Assembly (NCBI GenBank): GCA_023392615.1 | Contig: JAEVYT010000011.1 | Span: forward strand, 25,335 to 89,334 | Direction of reading: 5' to 3' | Origin: Bacillota bacterium | GTDB taxonomy: Bacteria; Bacillota; Clostridia; Lachnospirales; Lachnospiraceae | DNA length: 64,000 bases | Shown: positions 9,772 to 19,522 of the stretch, in pieces | Position numbering within the stretch: the first letter of the stretch is position 1 | Layout of the letters: each line of letters starts with the position of its first letter | The notes under the pieces: generated by a model | What the model was told of the DNA's origin: nothing | Databases searched by the model: none | What the model saw: the letters and a program-made list of their open reading frames with translations, nothing else | Made by a program: the position numbers and the translations under genes

Positions 9772-10500
9772 TTACTCATCCCAGTTATGATATACTTCCT
9801 GCACGTCATCATCTTCATCGAGTAAGTCAAGGATTTTGTTCATCGCTTTAATATCACTATCGCTCTTTAACTCAACCCAGGTTTGAGGGATCATCGTAAC
9901 ATCTGCCTGAGCCATAGGGATTCCTGATTTTTCAAGGCTTTCTCTTACTGCAGAGAAATCATCCGGCGTTGTGAGAACTTCAAAGCTATCTTCCTCTTCT
10001 GCAAAATCCTCTGCACCTGCGTCAAGTGCTAACATCATCAAATCATCAGCGTTCATATCGCATTCTTCTTTATCAACAATGATCTGTCCTTTTTTATCAA
10101 ACATAAAGGATACGCAACCTTGAGAGCCAACATTACCGTTCCCTTTGGTAAATGCATTTCTTACGTTTCCTGCTGTTCTGTTTTTGTTATCGGTTAATGC
10201 TTCTACAATAATTGCAGTTCCGTTTGGACCATATCCTTCATAGGTAACTGCTTCATAATTTACTGCATTAGCATCACCTGCCGCTTTTTTAATACTTCTG
10301 TCTATCGTATCATTCGGCATATTATTTGATTTTGCTTTAGCTATAATATCCTTCAAACGGCTGTTTGCATTCGGATCAGCTCCGCCTTCTTTTACCGCAA
10401 CCGCAATCTCTCTACCTAACTTTGTAAAAATTTTGCCCTTTGCAGAATCGTTTCTTTCTTTTTTATGCTTTATGTTCGCGAATTTTGAATGTCCTGACAT
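9772..10500 (-). CDS. yebC: YebC/PmpR-family protein
   Basis: MSGHSKFANIKHKK, YEGYGP, TDNKNRT, DDDVQEVYHN. Confidence 0.96.
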   Translation of the reverse strand: MSGHSKFANIKHKKERNDSAKGKIFTKLGREIAVAVKEGGADPNANSRLKDIIAKAKSNNMPNDTIDRSIKKAAGDANAVNYEAVTYEGYGPNGTAIIVEALTDNKNRTAGNVRNAFTKGNGNVGSQGCVSFMFDKKGQIIVDKEECDMNADDLMMLALDAGAEDFAEEEDSFEVLTTPDDFSAVRESLEKSGIPMAQADVTMIPQTWVELKSDSDIKAMNKILDLLDEDDDVQEVYHNWDE

Positions 10501-10587
10501 ACCAATTCTCCTTATCTATCTTTGATACTCTATGTGTTCAAATAGCCGTAAATATTCTATCACCGAATGCGAACTTCGGCAAGTATT

Positions 10588-11043
10588 TTATTCCGCATTA
10601 ATAATCTTATTTAATTTTTCCATAACGGATATGGTCTCCTCCGCGGAGCGAATCGCACACATAATTGTATCATCGCCTGCGATACAACCTACGATACTAC
10701 TAAATTGTAATGCGTCTAAAGCTGCAGCTACCGCCATAGCTAATCCAGGTACTGTTTTAACTACCATAATATTCTGTGCCATATCCATCGACACAAACCC
10801 ATCCTTTAATACGCGGGTATATTTCTCATTTAAATCGGTCTCTGTTTTCTGAAGTACAATATATTTTTGCTTTCCGCCATCTACGGCAACCTTGGTCAAC
10901 TTTAATTCTCTAATATCTCTGGATACCGTTGCCTGAGTAACATTGTATCCATCCTGCATTAATCTGTCTGCTAACTCCTCTTGTGTCTCAATATCATATT
11001 TATTAATCAATTCTATAATCTTGCTTTGTCTGCTAATCTTCAT
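10588..11043 (-). CDS. argR: Arginine repressor
   Basis: TQATVSRDIREL, GCIAGDDT. Confidence 0.96.
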   Translation of the reverse strand: MKISRQSKIIELINKYDIETQEELADRLMQDGYNVTQATVSRDIRELKLTKVAVDGGKQKYIVLQKTETDLNEKYTRVLKDGFVSMDMAQNIMVVKTVPGLAMAVAAALDALQFSSIVGCIAGDDTIMCAIRSAEETISVMEKLNKIINAE

Positions 11044-11081
11044 CTCTTAATCCGTACCTTTCTGTATACATTGGTTTATTA

Positions 11082-11951
11082 TTAATCACCATTATTACCT
11101 AACTTAGACCGTAAAATTTCATAAATTCCGGTACGGTTAAGTTTTATCAATTTTGTGTAGTACTTTGCTTTATTTATTAGTATTGTATCGTCTGTTCCTA
11201 AGTCAATAACAGTCTTGCCGTCAAAGGTTGCAATTGCTTCCGCTTCCTGTGTCTTCTTGCTTTTACCCACAACAATCTTAATGGTATCCTCAGCAGATAC
11301 TACAATGCTTCTTGGACTAAGGGAATGAGGACAGATTGGAGTAATTACCGTAACAGATGCACTCGGAATGATAATTGGTCCACCGGCCGATAGATTATAT
11401 GCCGTAGACCCAGTCGGAGTGGAGATGATAACACCGTCTCCTAAAAAATTATCCACTAACTCATCATTAACATAGATGCCAAGGCTAATAATTCTGGAAA
11501 ATCCCTTTCGTGTAATTACGATATCATTTAAAGCATTACAGGTGGAGCGTTGAAATCTTCCCGGTATTTGGGTATTATGAATAACTTTCCCCTCTACCAT
11601 CATTCTGCTTTCAATTTTATAATCATTCTCAAACAAGCGATTCAGCGCAACTTCTACATGATGCTTTTCAATCTCTGCCAAAAATCCCAGAGTACCAAGA
11701 TTCACACCAAGTATCGGAATATCGTAAGACATCAATTCATTTGCCGCCTGAATTATCGTTCCATCCCCACCTAGAATTATCGCACAGTCAATATCCGGAC
11801 ATATTAGGGATGATTTTTCTTTATTCTCAAATGCAGCCAGCGTTATCGTAGTAACCGACTTCCCAGCTTTTTCGATATAGGCAACAATCTTATTGGTCAC
11901 GCTAAAATCACTATCTTTTTCTTTATTTGTAATAATTAAAAACCGATTCAT
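11082..11951 (-). CDS. nadK: NAD(+) kinase
   Basis: LGGDGT, GVNLGTLGFL, TPTGSTAYNLSAGGP. Confidence 0.96.
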   Translation of the reverse strand: MNRFLIITNKEKDSDFSVTNKIVAYIEKAGKSVTTITLAAFENKEKSSLICPDIDCAIILGGDGTIIQAANELMSYDIPILGVNLGTLGFLAEIEKHHVEVALNRLFENDYKIESRMMVEGKVIHNTQIPGRFQRSTCNALNDIVITRKGFSRIISLGIYVNDELVDNFLGDGVIISTPTGSTAYNLSAGGPIIIPSASVTVITPICPHSLSPRSIVVSAEDTIKIVVGKSKKTQEAEAIATFDGKTVIDLGTDDTILINKAKYYTKLIKLNRTGIYEILRSKLGNNGD

Positions 11952-12092
11952 CCGATTGCTACTCTCCTATCATATTTGCATTAGTGAATATAAATGAAAG
12001 TCTATCATACAATTCCATAAATTTCAAGACATCACCATTTTTTTAGAATATTATCACACTAAAACAGAATAAATATACGGTTTATTCATATA

Positions 12093-12926
12093 TTAACTTA
12101 CTGACAAAATACCATGTGCTTCCTCAATAGTCTTCATAATAAGCTGATGTGGGATTATGGTTCCAATTGGATATTCCAAAGTTTCTTCAATCGGTAACTT
12201 CTTTTTTAAATATAATAAATATTCAATATTCCCCTCCGGTCCTTTAATAGGAGAATAATTAAGGTCTATACAGTCGAAACCAATTTCGGATGCGTAAGTA
12301 CATACTAGTTCAATTACTTCTTCATGAACTTTTTTATCCCTTACAACACCCTTTTTACCTACCTTTTCCCTGCCTGCCTCAAATTGTGGTTTAATCAAGC
12401 TTACTACTTCCCCTTCACTCACAAGTAGCTCACGAACAGGAAGTAATACTTTGGTTAAGGATATAAATGAAACATCGATTGACGCAAAGGAAATCTCGTC
12501 ATTAATCTGATCCGGAGTCAAATAACGGATATTTGTCTTCTCCATTGATATAACCCTTTCATCCTGTCGCAACTTCCACGCCAGCTGATTTGTACCCACA
12601 TCTACAGAATAGACCTTCACCGCTCCATTTTGAAGCATGCAATCTGTAAATCCTCCGGTTGAAGAACCCACATCCATACATACTTTGCCTTCCAGAGTAA
12701 TATCATATTGAGCCATCGCCTTTTCAAGCTTTAATCCTCCACGGCTTACATATTTGAGCGGGTTTTCCTTTACTTCAATCGTAGCTTCCACCGGAAAAGT
12801 ACTACCGGCCTTATCCTCTCGCTGCCCCTCTACAAATACATTGCCAGACATAATAATAGCTTTCGCTTTCTCCCTCGATTCCGCCAGATTTCTATTTACT
12901 AATAAAACATCTAATCGTTCCTTCAA
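12093..12926 (-). CDS. tlyA: TlyA-family rRNA 2'-O-methyltransferase
   Basis: S4 domain, YVSRGGLKL, DVGSSTGGFTD, LIKPQFE; TTG start uncertain. Confidence 0.94.
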   Translation of the reverse strand: MKERLDVLLVNRNLAESREKAKAIIMSGNVFVEGQREDKAGSTFPVEATIEVKENPLKYVSRGGLKLEKAMAQYDITLEGKVCMDVGSSTGGFTDCMLQNGAVKVYSVDVGTNQLAWKLRQDERVISMEKTNIRYLTPDQINDEISFASIDVSFISLTKVLLPVRELLVSEGEVVSLIKPQFEAGREKVGKKGVVRDKKVHEEVIELVCTYASEIGFDCIDLNYSPIKGPEGNIEYLLYLKKKLPIEETLEYPIGTIIPHQLIMKTIEEAHGILSVS

Positions 12927-12968
12927 ATCAACACAACCTCCGTTCATTTCATTATTTATCTATCGAAT

Positions 12969-13714
12969 TCATCCACATTTATACTGAAAAATCAAGTTTT
13001 TATCCACATTAAATATCCATTTACGCACTTTATACACAGTATTTTTACCAAAACTCCAAAACAAAACGCAAAAAACCAAAAATACTCCACAAAAATTATA
13101 AAGATTATAAACAACTATAAAAATCCAGTCACTTTTTCACAACTAAAAATTTGAAAGAACAAGGAGTGAGCATCCCATGCGAACTTCGACATTCTTTCAA
13201 AATTATAAACAATTTTATTATATAAATATTATCAAGTAATACCATCAAAATTCAAAACAATCAGAAGCTTATTTTCTCTAAAATTCATCCAAAAAATATA
13301 AATTATCCACAGCCGATTACAAAATCGGGCATAAAATCCACAATAATCCTGTTTAATCCAGATAATCAACATATTCATATAAGATAACTGAGGGTTAATG
13401 GCATACTACAACTATTTACTCACTAGTATCCCGCATATCAACTTTTTGAGTTTAATATTGGTAAAAGTCATACATCATATACCCAATCTTAATATCTGGT
13501 ATATCATTGTTCTAGTTTCTCATAGATTAAAGGCATACTCCAAACATCAACTCACTGGTAATAGCATGTTAACTAATTTAGTTTAATGTTGTAAAAGGGT
13601 ATCCTTCATAAATTCTACCTAATATTTGGTCTATCAATATTCTAGTTTCTAATCGATTATAAGCATACTCCAAATATCCACTCATTAAAGTATATCAATT
13701 TTTGTTTATACACA
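12969..13714 (+). promoter_or_regulatory. Cluster of co-oriented DnaA-box-type 9-mers
   Basis: TTATCCACA at 13000, 13303; TTATACACA at 13030, 13706; TTTTTCACA at 13133; near-matches at 12969, 13083, 13334. Confidence 0.6.
13149..13204. repeat. Short palindromic element
   Basis: tttgaaagaa...gagtgagcat-ccc-atgcgaactt...ttctttcaaa. Confidence 0.55.
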
Positions 13715-13730
13715 AGTTAGGGTATTATTT
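13400..13730. repeat. Degenerate ~130-bp tandem repeat, about 2.5 copies
   Basis: gcatact(a/c)caa at 13401, 13533, 13663; tctagtttct at 13511, 13641. Confidence 0.75.
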
Positions 13731-13802
13731 AATATATCTAACCAGAACCATTTCATTAAATCATAATTTTGACTTATTGTTCTTAAGTCTATGTCTTTGC
13801 GA

Positions 13803-14034
13803 TTTTCAAAGGGAAAACTCCGTATAAGCAGGATAATTTGAATGAGCGATAGTAATACATACGGAAATCGTGTATAAACTTAGGGGAAATTCGCCAAGGA
13901 GGGCGAATTTAGGCTTCCTCACCATGGATGGTGATGGAAGCCGACCCGAAGGACTAGCCACAGACCCAAAATTTCCGTATAGAATTACTTAGCGAATTCA
14001 ACCATCCTGATTACCGGAGTATTCCCTTTGGAAA
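13803..14034. repeat. ~230-bp branched palindromic element (REP/MITE-like or structured RNA)
   Basis: Long imperfect outer stem (tttcaaagggaaaactccg / cggagtattccctttggaaa; tacggaaat / atttccgta) enclosing hairpins 13887-13910 and 13912-13942. Confidence 0.8.
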
Positions 14035-14070
14035 CCTCATAACCTAGCCTTTGTTAACCCCTATCCTTTG

Positions 14071-15948
14071 TCACTCCAACACCCCATGGATTTTGCGAAG
14101 TATGCCCTCCGCATCCAGTTCAAAGCGCTCATGTAGTTCACTCACGCTTCCGTGCTCAATGAAGATGTCAGGAACTGATATATTTAATAATTTTATATTT
14201 CTGTGATTCGTTTCAAACAAATAATCCGCTACCTTTTGTCCAAAGCCACCGTTACGTACATTTTCTTCAAGAGTCACGATAATAGAATGCTTCACAACTA
14301 ACTGATCAATCATCACTTTGTCAATCGGTGAAATAAAACGTGCATTAATCAGCGAAACCTGCTTGCCTTCCTGCTTCAATACCTGAGCTACCTCCTGAGC
14401 AGTTTTCACCATACTACCGACTGCTACAAGTGCAATATCACTTTCTTCTTTGATCATCTCAAACTTACCATATTCAATCGGCGCATTATACTCCTGCATA
14501 CCTAGATAAGCTTCTCCCTTTGGGTAGCGTATTGCGACCGGCCCATTATAGTTAAGCGCATATGCTAGCATCTCTTCTAGTTCGATATTATTTTTCGGTG
14601 CCATTACAAGTAGATTGGGAATGTGGGATAAGAAGGACAAATCAAAGGTTCCTTGATGCGTCTTACCATCCCTTCCAGTAATTCCTGCCCTGTCGATTGC
14701 AAAGATGACCGGGAGATTATTAATGCACACGTCATGAATAATTTGGTCATAGGCTCTTTGTAGGAATGTTGAATAGATTGCTACGACCGGCTTAAACCCG
14801 CCCATTGCTAATCCCGCGGCAAACGTAACAGCATGCTCTTCCGCAATGCCAACATCAAAAAAGCGCTTCGGAAATTGCCTCTTAAAGCCGGACAAACCGG
14901 TTCCATTTGGCATAGCTGCAGTAATAGCAACGATTTTATCATCCGTTAATGCGAATCGTGATAACGTATCCCCGAATAATTTTGTATAAGATATGGTTTT
15001 CTCCGACTTAATCGGTTTCCCACTTTCGATGTCAAACGGGTCTACACCATGATATTTACTAGGGTATTTTTCTGCCAACTGATAACCCTTGCCCTTTTTG
15101 GTAAGAACATGAACCACAACTGCCTTTTTTGCTTTTGCTGCTGCCACAAAGGCAGTTAAAAGCTGATCAATATTATGTCCGTCAATCGGTCCGATATAGG
15201 TTAACCCCATATCTTCAAAAAACATACTTGGTAATACAAAATACTTTATCGCATCCTTGGAACGCTTTAATTTTTCTACAATAGTTTTGCCAACACCAGG
15301 CATCTGATTTAAAGTATACTCCATATTCTCTTTAAAGCCGGTGTATTTTGAACTTGTTCTCAGCTTTCCGAGGTAGTTGGATAAACCACCAACATTTTCG
15401 GAGATAGACATATTATTATCATTTAGTACAATCATCATATTGGAGCGAAGGCGACCTGCATTATTGATTGCTTCAAACGCCATACCGCCAGTAAGAGCTC
15501 CATCACCTAATACCGCCACTACCTTATGATTTTCACCGCTTAAATCTCTGGCTTTTACAAGACCTAATGCCGCTGATATAGCCGTAGAGCTGTGACCGGT
15601 ATCAAAGGAATCACAACCACTTTCCTCTTTTTTCGGAAATCCACTTAACCCATCAAGCTGTCGTAACGTCTGGAACAATTCCTTTCTTCCTGTTAGTAGC
15701 TTATGAGTATATGCCTGATGTCCGACGTCCCAAACTATTTTATCTTGAGGGAATCCTAGGAATAGATGTAGTGCCATCGTAAGCTCAACAACTCCAAGAT
15801 TTGATGCTAAATGGCCTCCAGTTTTACTGACATTCTGTATTAAAAAATTGCGAATCTCATCCGCCAACTTACTATAATCTTGTTCTTTTATTTTCTTTAT
15901 ATCATTCTCCTGAATAATACTATCTAACAACTTCGGCAAAAACTTCAC
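14071..15948 (-). CDS. dxs: 1-deoxy-D-xylulose-5-phosphate synthase
   Basis: GGHLASNLG, WDVGHQ, GDGALTGG..NDN, DVGIAEEHA, YSTFLQR. Confidence 0.97.
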   Translation of the reverse strand: MKFLPKLLDSIIQENDIKKIKEQDYSKLADEIRNFLIQNVSKTGGHLASNLGVVELTMALHLFLGFPQDKIVWDVGHQAYTHKLLTGRKELFQTLRQLDGLSGFPKKEESGCDSFDTGHSSTAISAALGLVKARDLSGENHKVVAVLGDGALTGGMAFEAINNAGRLRSNMMIVLNDNNMSISENVGGLSNYLGKLRTSSKYTGFKENMEYTLNQMPGVGKTIVEKLKRSKDAIKYFVLPSMFFEDMGLTYIGPIDGHNIDQLLTAFVAAAKAKKAVVVHVLTKKGKGYQLAEKYPSKYHGVDPFDIESGKPIKSEKTISYTKLFGDTLSRFALTDDKIVAITAAMPNGTGLSGFKRQFPKRFFDVGIAEEHAVTFAAGLAMGGFKPVVAIYSTFLQRAYDQIIHDVCINNLPVIFAIDRAGITGRDGKTHQGTFDLSFLSHIPNLLVMAPKNNIELEEMLAYALNYNGPVAIRYPKGEAYLGMQEYNAPIEYGKFEMIKEESDIALVAVGSMVKTAQEVAQVLKQEGKQVSLINARFISPIDKVMIDQLVVKHSIIVTLEENVRNGGFGQKVADYLFETNHRNIKLLNISVPDIFIEHGSVSELHERFELDAEGILRKIHGVLE

Positions 15949-15967
15949 CCCAATCCTGACCTAAATT

Positions 15968-16885
15968 TTACTTCTCACGATTTACCAATTTCATAATCAG
16001 TGTACTTAAGAATTCATTGGTATAAGGAAGTGCCCTATAAGTATCCATTGCTCTATTAGAGATATGCAGAACCTCTTCATTCGCACGTTCTAAATTCATA
16101 ATGCTTACATAGGTCGTCTTCTCATTTTTCTCATCACTGCCTATCGGTTTCCCGAGTACGTCCGGTGTACTGGTAACATCTAAAATATCATCCTTTATTT
16201 GAAATGCAAGTCCTACTGAACCCGCAATCTGTTCAATTTTATTTATTTCCTCCTGATTTGCTCCACCAAGAATAGCTCCTATCATCATGGAGGCTTCTAT
16301 TAATGCTCCTGTTTTTAATAAATACATCAAATCCAATCGTTCTCTGTTTATAACGTCCGGAGATTCTTCCATATCAATTACCTGTCCACCTATCATTCCA
16401 TATATTCCGGCTTTTCTAGACAAGATTTGCATCGCTTTTCCGATTCGTTGGTATATTATAATTTGCTCCGCTTCATCCTCGTACGGTATCACATCAAATG
16501 ATTTCAGAGCTGTTTCAAACGCATAGTTTAGTAAGCCATCCCCTGCGAGAATAGCCATAGCTTCTCCATATACCACATGAGTGGTTTTTCTTCCTCGTCT
16601 GTATTCATCATTATCCATAGCAGGAAGATCGTCATGTACCAGGGAATAGGTGTGAATCATCTCTATCGCAGCCATAAACGGTTCTACAATTTTTCTATTA
16701 TTCCCACCAAATAACCCGAAAGTTTCTGACATCAGCATAGGACGAAGTCTCTTCCCTCCGGCTAATACACTGTAATTCATTGCTTCCATTACTGTTTTTT
16801 GTAGTCCCTCTTCCGGCGGCAAGAATTTGCTAAGAATTTCTTCTACATCATCTACCCTTTGTTGTAGTTCCACATTAAAGTTCAT
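15968..16885 (-). CDS. ispA: Farnesyl diphosphate synthase
   Basis: GGKRLRP, SLVHDDLPAMDND..RRG, FQIKDDILD. Confidence 0.95.
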   Translation of the reverse strand: MNFNVELQQRVDDVEEILSKFLPPEEGLQKTVMEAMNYSVLAGGKRLRPMLMSETFGLFGGNNRKIVEPFMAAIEMIHTYSLVHDDLPAMDNDEYRRGRKTTHVVYGEAMAILAGDGLLNYAFETALKSFDVIPYEDEAEQIIIYQRIGKAMQILSRKAGIYGMIGGQVIDMEESPDVINRERLDLMYLLKTGALIEASMMIGAILGGANQEEINKIEQIAGSVGLAFQIKDDILDVTSTPDVLGKPIGSDEKNEKTTYVSIMNLERANEEVLHISNRAMDTYRALPYTNEFLSTLIMKLVNREK

Positions 16886-17084
16886 TGGCTTCTCCACTTT
16901 CACTAAGAATAATCAGCTCTTTTTCCACCTTATCAATGGAATCATTGCATGTCTTAAGGAGCTTCATACCCTCCTGATATAAGGTGAAAGAATCCTCTAG
17001 ACTTACGTCCGGCTTTTCTAAAGCTTCCACAATATGATTTAATTTATCAAATGCTTCTTCCAATTTCATCTTTTTCTCAGCCAT
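16875..17084 (-). CDS. xseB: Exodeoxyribonuclease VII small subunit
   Basis: LEEAFDKL..IVEALE...SLEDS...YQEG; synteny. Confidence 0.95.
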   Translation of the reverse strand: MAEKKMKLEEAFDKLNHIVEALEKPDVSLEDSFTLYQEGMKLLKTCNDSIDKVEKELIILSESGEANEL

Positions 17085-17108
17085 ATTGGTTTCTCCTTTT
17101 CAAATAAG

Positions 17109-18320
17109 TTAACAACCACGCTTTTTCTCACAGATATCTTCAACCCTCGCCTTAATGTCTCCATCCAATAAAGAAACAGTTAACACTTCATCTTTTGATA
17201 CCTTACTTACACTTTGAATTGGTAAATTATCTTCTCCTACAATCAGCGCATATCCCTTACTCAGCTTGGACAAAGGAGATAATCCTTCCAATCTAGCTAT
17301 GTAAAGCTCCAACTTATGTCTTTTCTCCTTCAACCTCTGATTCATCTGAAGAAGTAATTTTTGTTCCGTATCCATCAGATATTGCCTCTTCTGCCTAATC
17401 TGAAATGCCGGGCTGGCATAAAGGAGTCTTAATTTCAATTCCTTAACCTTATTCTCGGCTAATCTTATCTTTTGTTGCACCTCTCTGCCTAGCTTACGTT
17501 TATAATCTTGAATTGTTGATTGATATGCCACATAATCATTGATTGCAAGCTCCGCGGCAGCCGATGGTGTAGGTGCACGCAGATCGGATACAAAATCCGC
17601 AATCGTCACATCAGTCTCATGACCAACCGCCGATATAATCGGGGTATTACACTCATATATTGCTCTTGCGACAATCTCCTCATTGAACGCCCATAGATCT
17701 TCAATGGAACCACCGCCCCTTCCGACTATGATGGTATCCACGCCCGATTTATCTAGTGTTTTGATACCCTTTGCTACACTCTCAGCGGAACCTGCTCCTT
17801 GAACCAACGCAGGATATAATACCAGCTGGACGTAAGGGTTACGCCTTTTTGATATATTAATTATGTCTTGAATTGCTGCTCCGGTGGATGCTGTTACAAT
17901 TCCCACCTTCTTTGGATAAGTTGGGATTTTCTTCTTATGCGTGGAATCAAACAATCCCTCACGTTCAAGATATGCCTTTAATTTTTCATATCTCTCATAA
18001 AGGATACCCTGTCCGTCCAACATGATTTCACTTGCATAAAGTTGATATTTCCCATCTCGTTCATAAACATTGATGCTACCAAGTACAATTACGCTCTGTC
18101 CCTCCTCCAGTCGAAAGGTTAATCCTCTTCTCTGACCGGCGAACATAACACATGCTAATTGCCCCTGTGCATCTTTTAATGTAAAATAAATGTGCCCAGA
18201 GGTATGATATTTGCAATTGGATACTTCTCCTTTAATATATAGTCGGTTCAGTATCCCATCTCGAAAGAACATATTCTTTATATATTGATTTATCTCCGTA
18301 ACCGAATAAGCCTGTCCCAT
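17109..18320 (-). CDS. xseA: Exodeoxyribonuclease VII large subunit
   Basis: SGHIYFTLKD, RGGGSIEDLWAFN, GHETD, RAPTPSAAAE. Confidence 0.97.
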   Translation of the reverse strand: MGQAYSVTEINQYIKNMFFRDGILNRLYIKGEVSNCKYHTSGHIYFTLKDAQGQLACVMFAGQRRGLTFRLEEGQSVIVLGSINVYERDGKYQLYASEIMLDGQGILYERYEKLKAYLEREGLFDSTHKKKIPTYPKKVGIVTASTGAAIQDIINISKRRNPYVQLVLYPALVQGAGSAESVAKGIKTLDKSGVDTIIVGRGGGSIEDLWAFNEEIVARAIYECNTPIISAVGHETDVTIADFVSDLRAPTPSAAAELAINDYVAYQSTIQDYKRKLGREVQQKIRLAENKVKELKLRLLYASPAFQIRQKRQYLMDTEQKLLLQMNQRLKEKRHKLELYIARLEGLSPLSKLSKGYALIVGEDNLPIQSVSKVSKDEVLTVSLLDGDIKARVEDICEKKRGC

Positions 18321-18334
18321 ACGACCCTCCTGCG

Positions 18335-18730
18335 TTACGCCAGTTTAGCAAGTACTCCGTTTACAAAGCTCGGAGACTCATCTCCGCCAAAGTTTTTTGC
18401 CAATTCAACGGCTTCATTAATTGCAACTTTAACTGGTACATCATCGTCAAAACGCATCTCGTATACAGCAAGACGAAGGATTGTTAAATCCACCTTGCCC
18501 ATACGGTTTAATTTCCAACCACTTGATGTCTCTGTCAAAATCGCATCAATCTCTTCAATATGATCTACTACTGCATGAAATCTTGATGTCAAATAAGCAA
18601 AGTCCTCAAGTGAAGGTTTTTCTAATTGAGCGATATACATTTCGATTTGTTCATTTAATTCACTTGCTTCATGAAAATCCTTACGAAATAACATAAGGAA
18701 AATATGTTCTCTAATTTCTCTTCTTGTCAA
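18335..18730 (-). CDS. nusB: Transcription antitermination factor NusB
   Basis: WKLNRMGKVDLTILRLAVYE, INEAVELAK, FVNGVL; TTG start after GGAGG. Confidence 0.95.
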   Translation of the reverse strand: MTRREIREHIFLMLFRKDFHEASELNEQIEMYIAQLEKPSLEDFAYLTSRFHAVVDHIEEIDAILTETSSGWKLNRMGKVDLTILRLAVYEMRFDDDVPVKVAINEAVELAKNFGGDESPSFVNGVLAKLA

Positions 18731-18756
18731 GGTGCGGTTCCTCCTACACACGAATA

Positions 18757-18787
18757 AACAACCCTTAGTTACTCTAAGGGTTGTTTG
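18757..18787. terminator. Hairpin between asp23-like gene and nusB
   Basis: aaacaacccttag-ttact-ctaagggttgttt, perfect 13-bp stem with weak U tail. Confidence 0.5.
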
Positions 18788-18794
18788 GAATAAT

Positions 18795-19181
18795 TTACTG
18801 TTTCACAATGTTTACACCGGCGATTCTAATGTTAACTTCTTTCACTTGAAGACCGGTCATATTCTCTATTGCCAACTTCACCTTTTCTTGCACTAATTTT
18901 GCAGTTTCAGGAATACCATATCCATAATCTAAGGTTAATGCCATATCAACAGATACTGCATCCGGATTAACAACCACCTTAACTCCTTTGGATAAGTTTT
19001 TCTTGCCCAGCTTACCGGCAATTTCATTCGTCACATTGCCTGAGGTTGCTGTTACTCCCTTTACCTCTGTTGCAGCCAATCCTGCGATGGTTGCCACTAC
19101 TTCATCAGCAATCTGTACTTCTCCAACCTTACCATTCTCATGTATTTTATAAGTGTTCCTAACTTCCGGTTCCTTGTTCAA
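18795..19181 (-). CDS. Asp23/Gls24-family protein (YqhY-like)
   Basis: VQIADEVVATIAGLAATEVKGV, IENMTGLQV; upstream of nusB. Confidence 0.92.
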   Translation of the reverse strand: MNKEPEVRNTYKIHENGKVGEVQIADEVVATIAGLAATEVKGVTATSGNVTNEIAGKLGKKNLSKGVKVVVNPDAVSVDMALTLDYGYGIPETAKLVQEKVKLAIENMTGLQVKEVNIRIAGVNIVKQ

Positions 19182-19522
19182 AACGATTACCTCCTAAGTT
19201 CCTAGTGTTCTCCGGCACAATCAAAATGAATGTATTTATATAGTATTATACCATAATTATAAAACATATCAACGAAAAATTATAAAATGCTTCAATCCTT
19301 CTCCATATAATCACATCAATCAATTGATTCTCACTTAGAATTATGCACTGATATGATGAATTCATACCGTTTTTCGGTATTCTTGACCATACGTCCAAAA
19401 AACTCTACACTATCAGTCAATCCACACAAGAGAGAATGGAAGATACTACATTGCTAGCGTCTTCCATTCCATATTGTTTTATAATTATAATAATTTAGCC
19501 ATTTCAACTTCTACTGATACCA

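Noticed and set aside
13398..13586. 62-aa ORF
   Set aside because: Lies in a degenerate non-coding repeat with no recognisable features
12960..13720. Possible oriC
   Set aside because: No dnaA/dnaN/rpmH/gidA nearby and no switch in gene orientation
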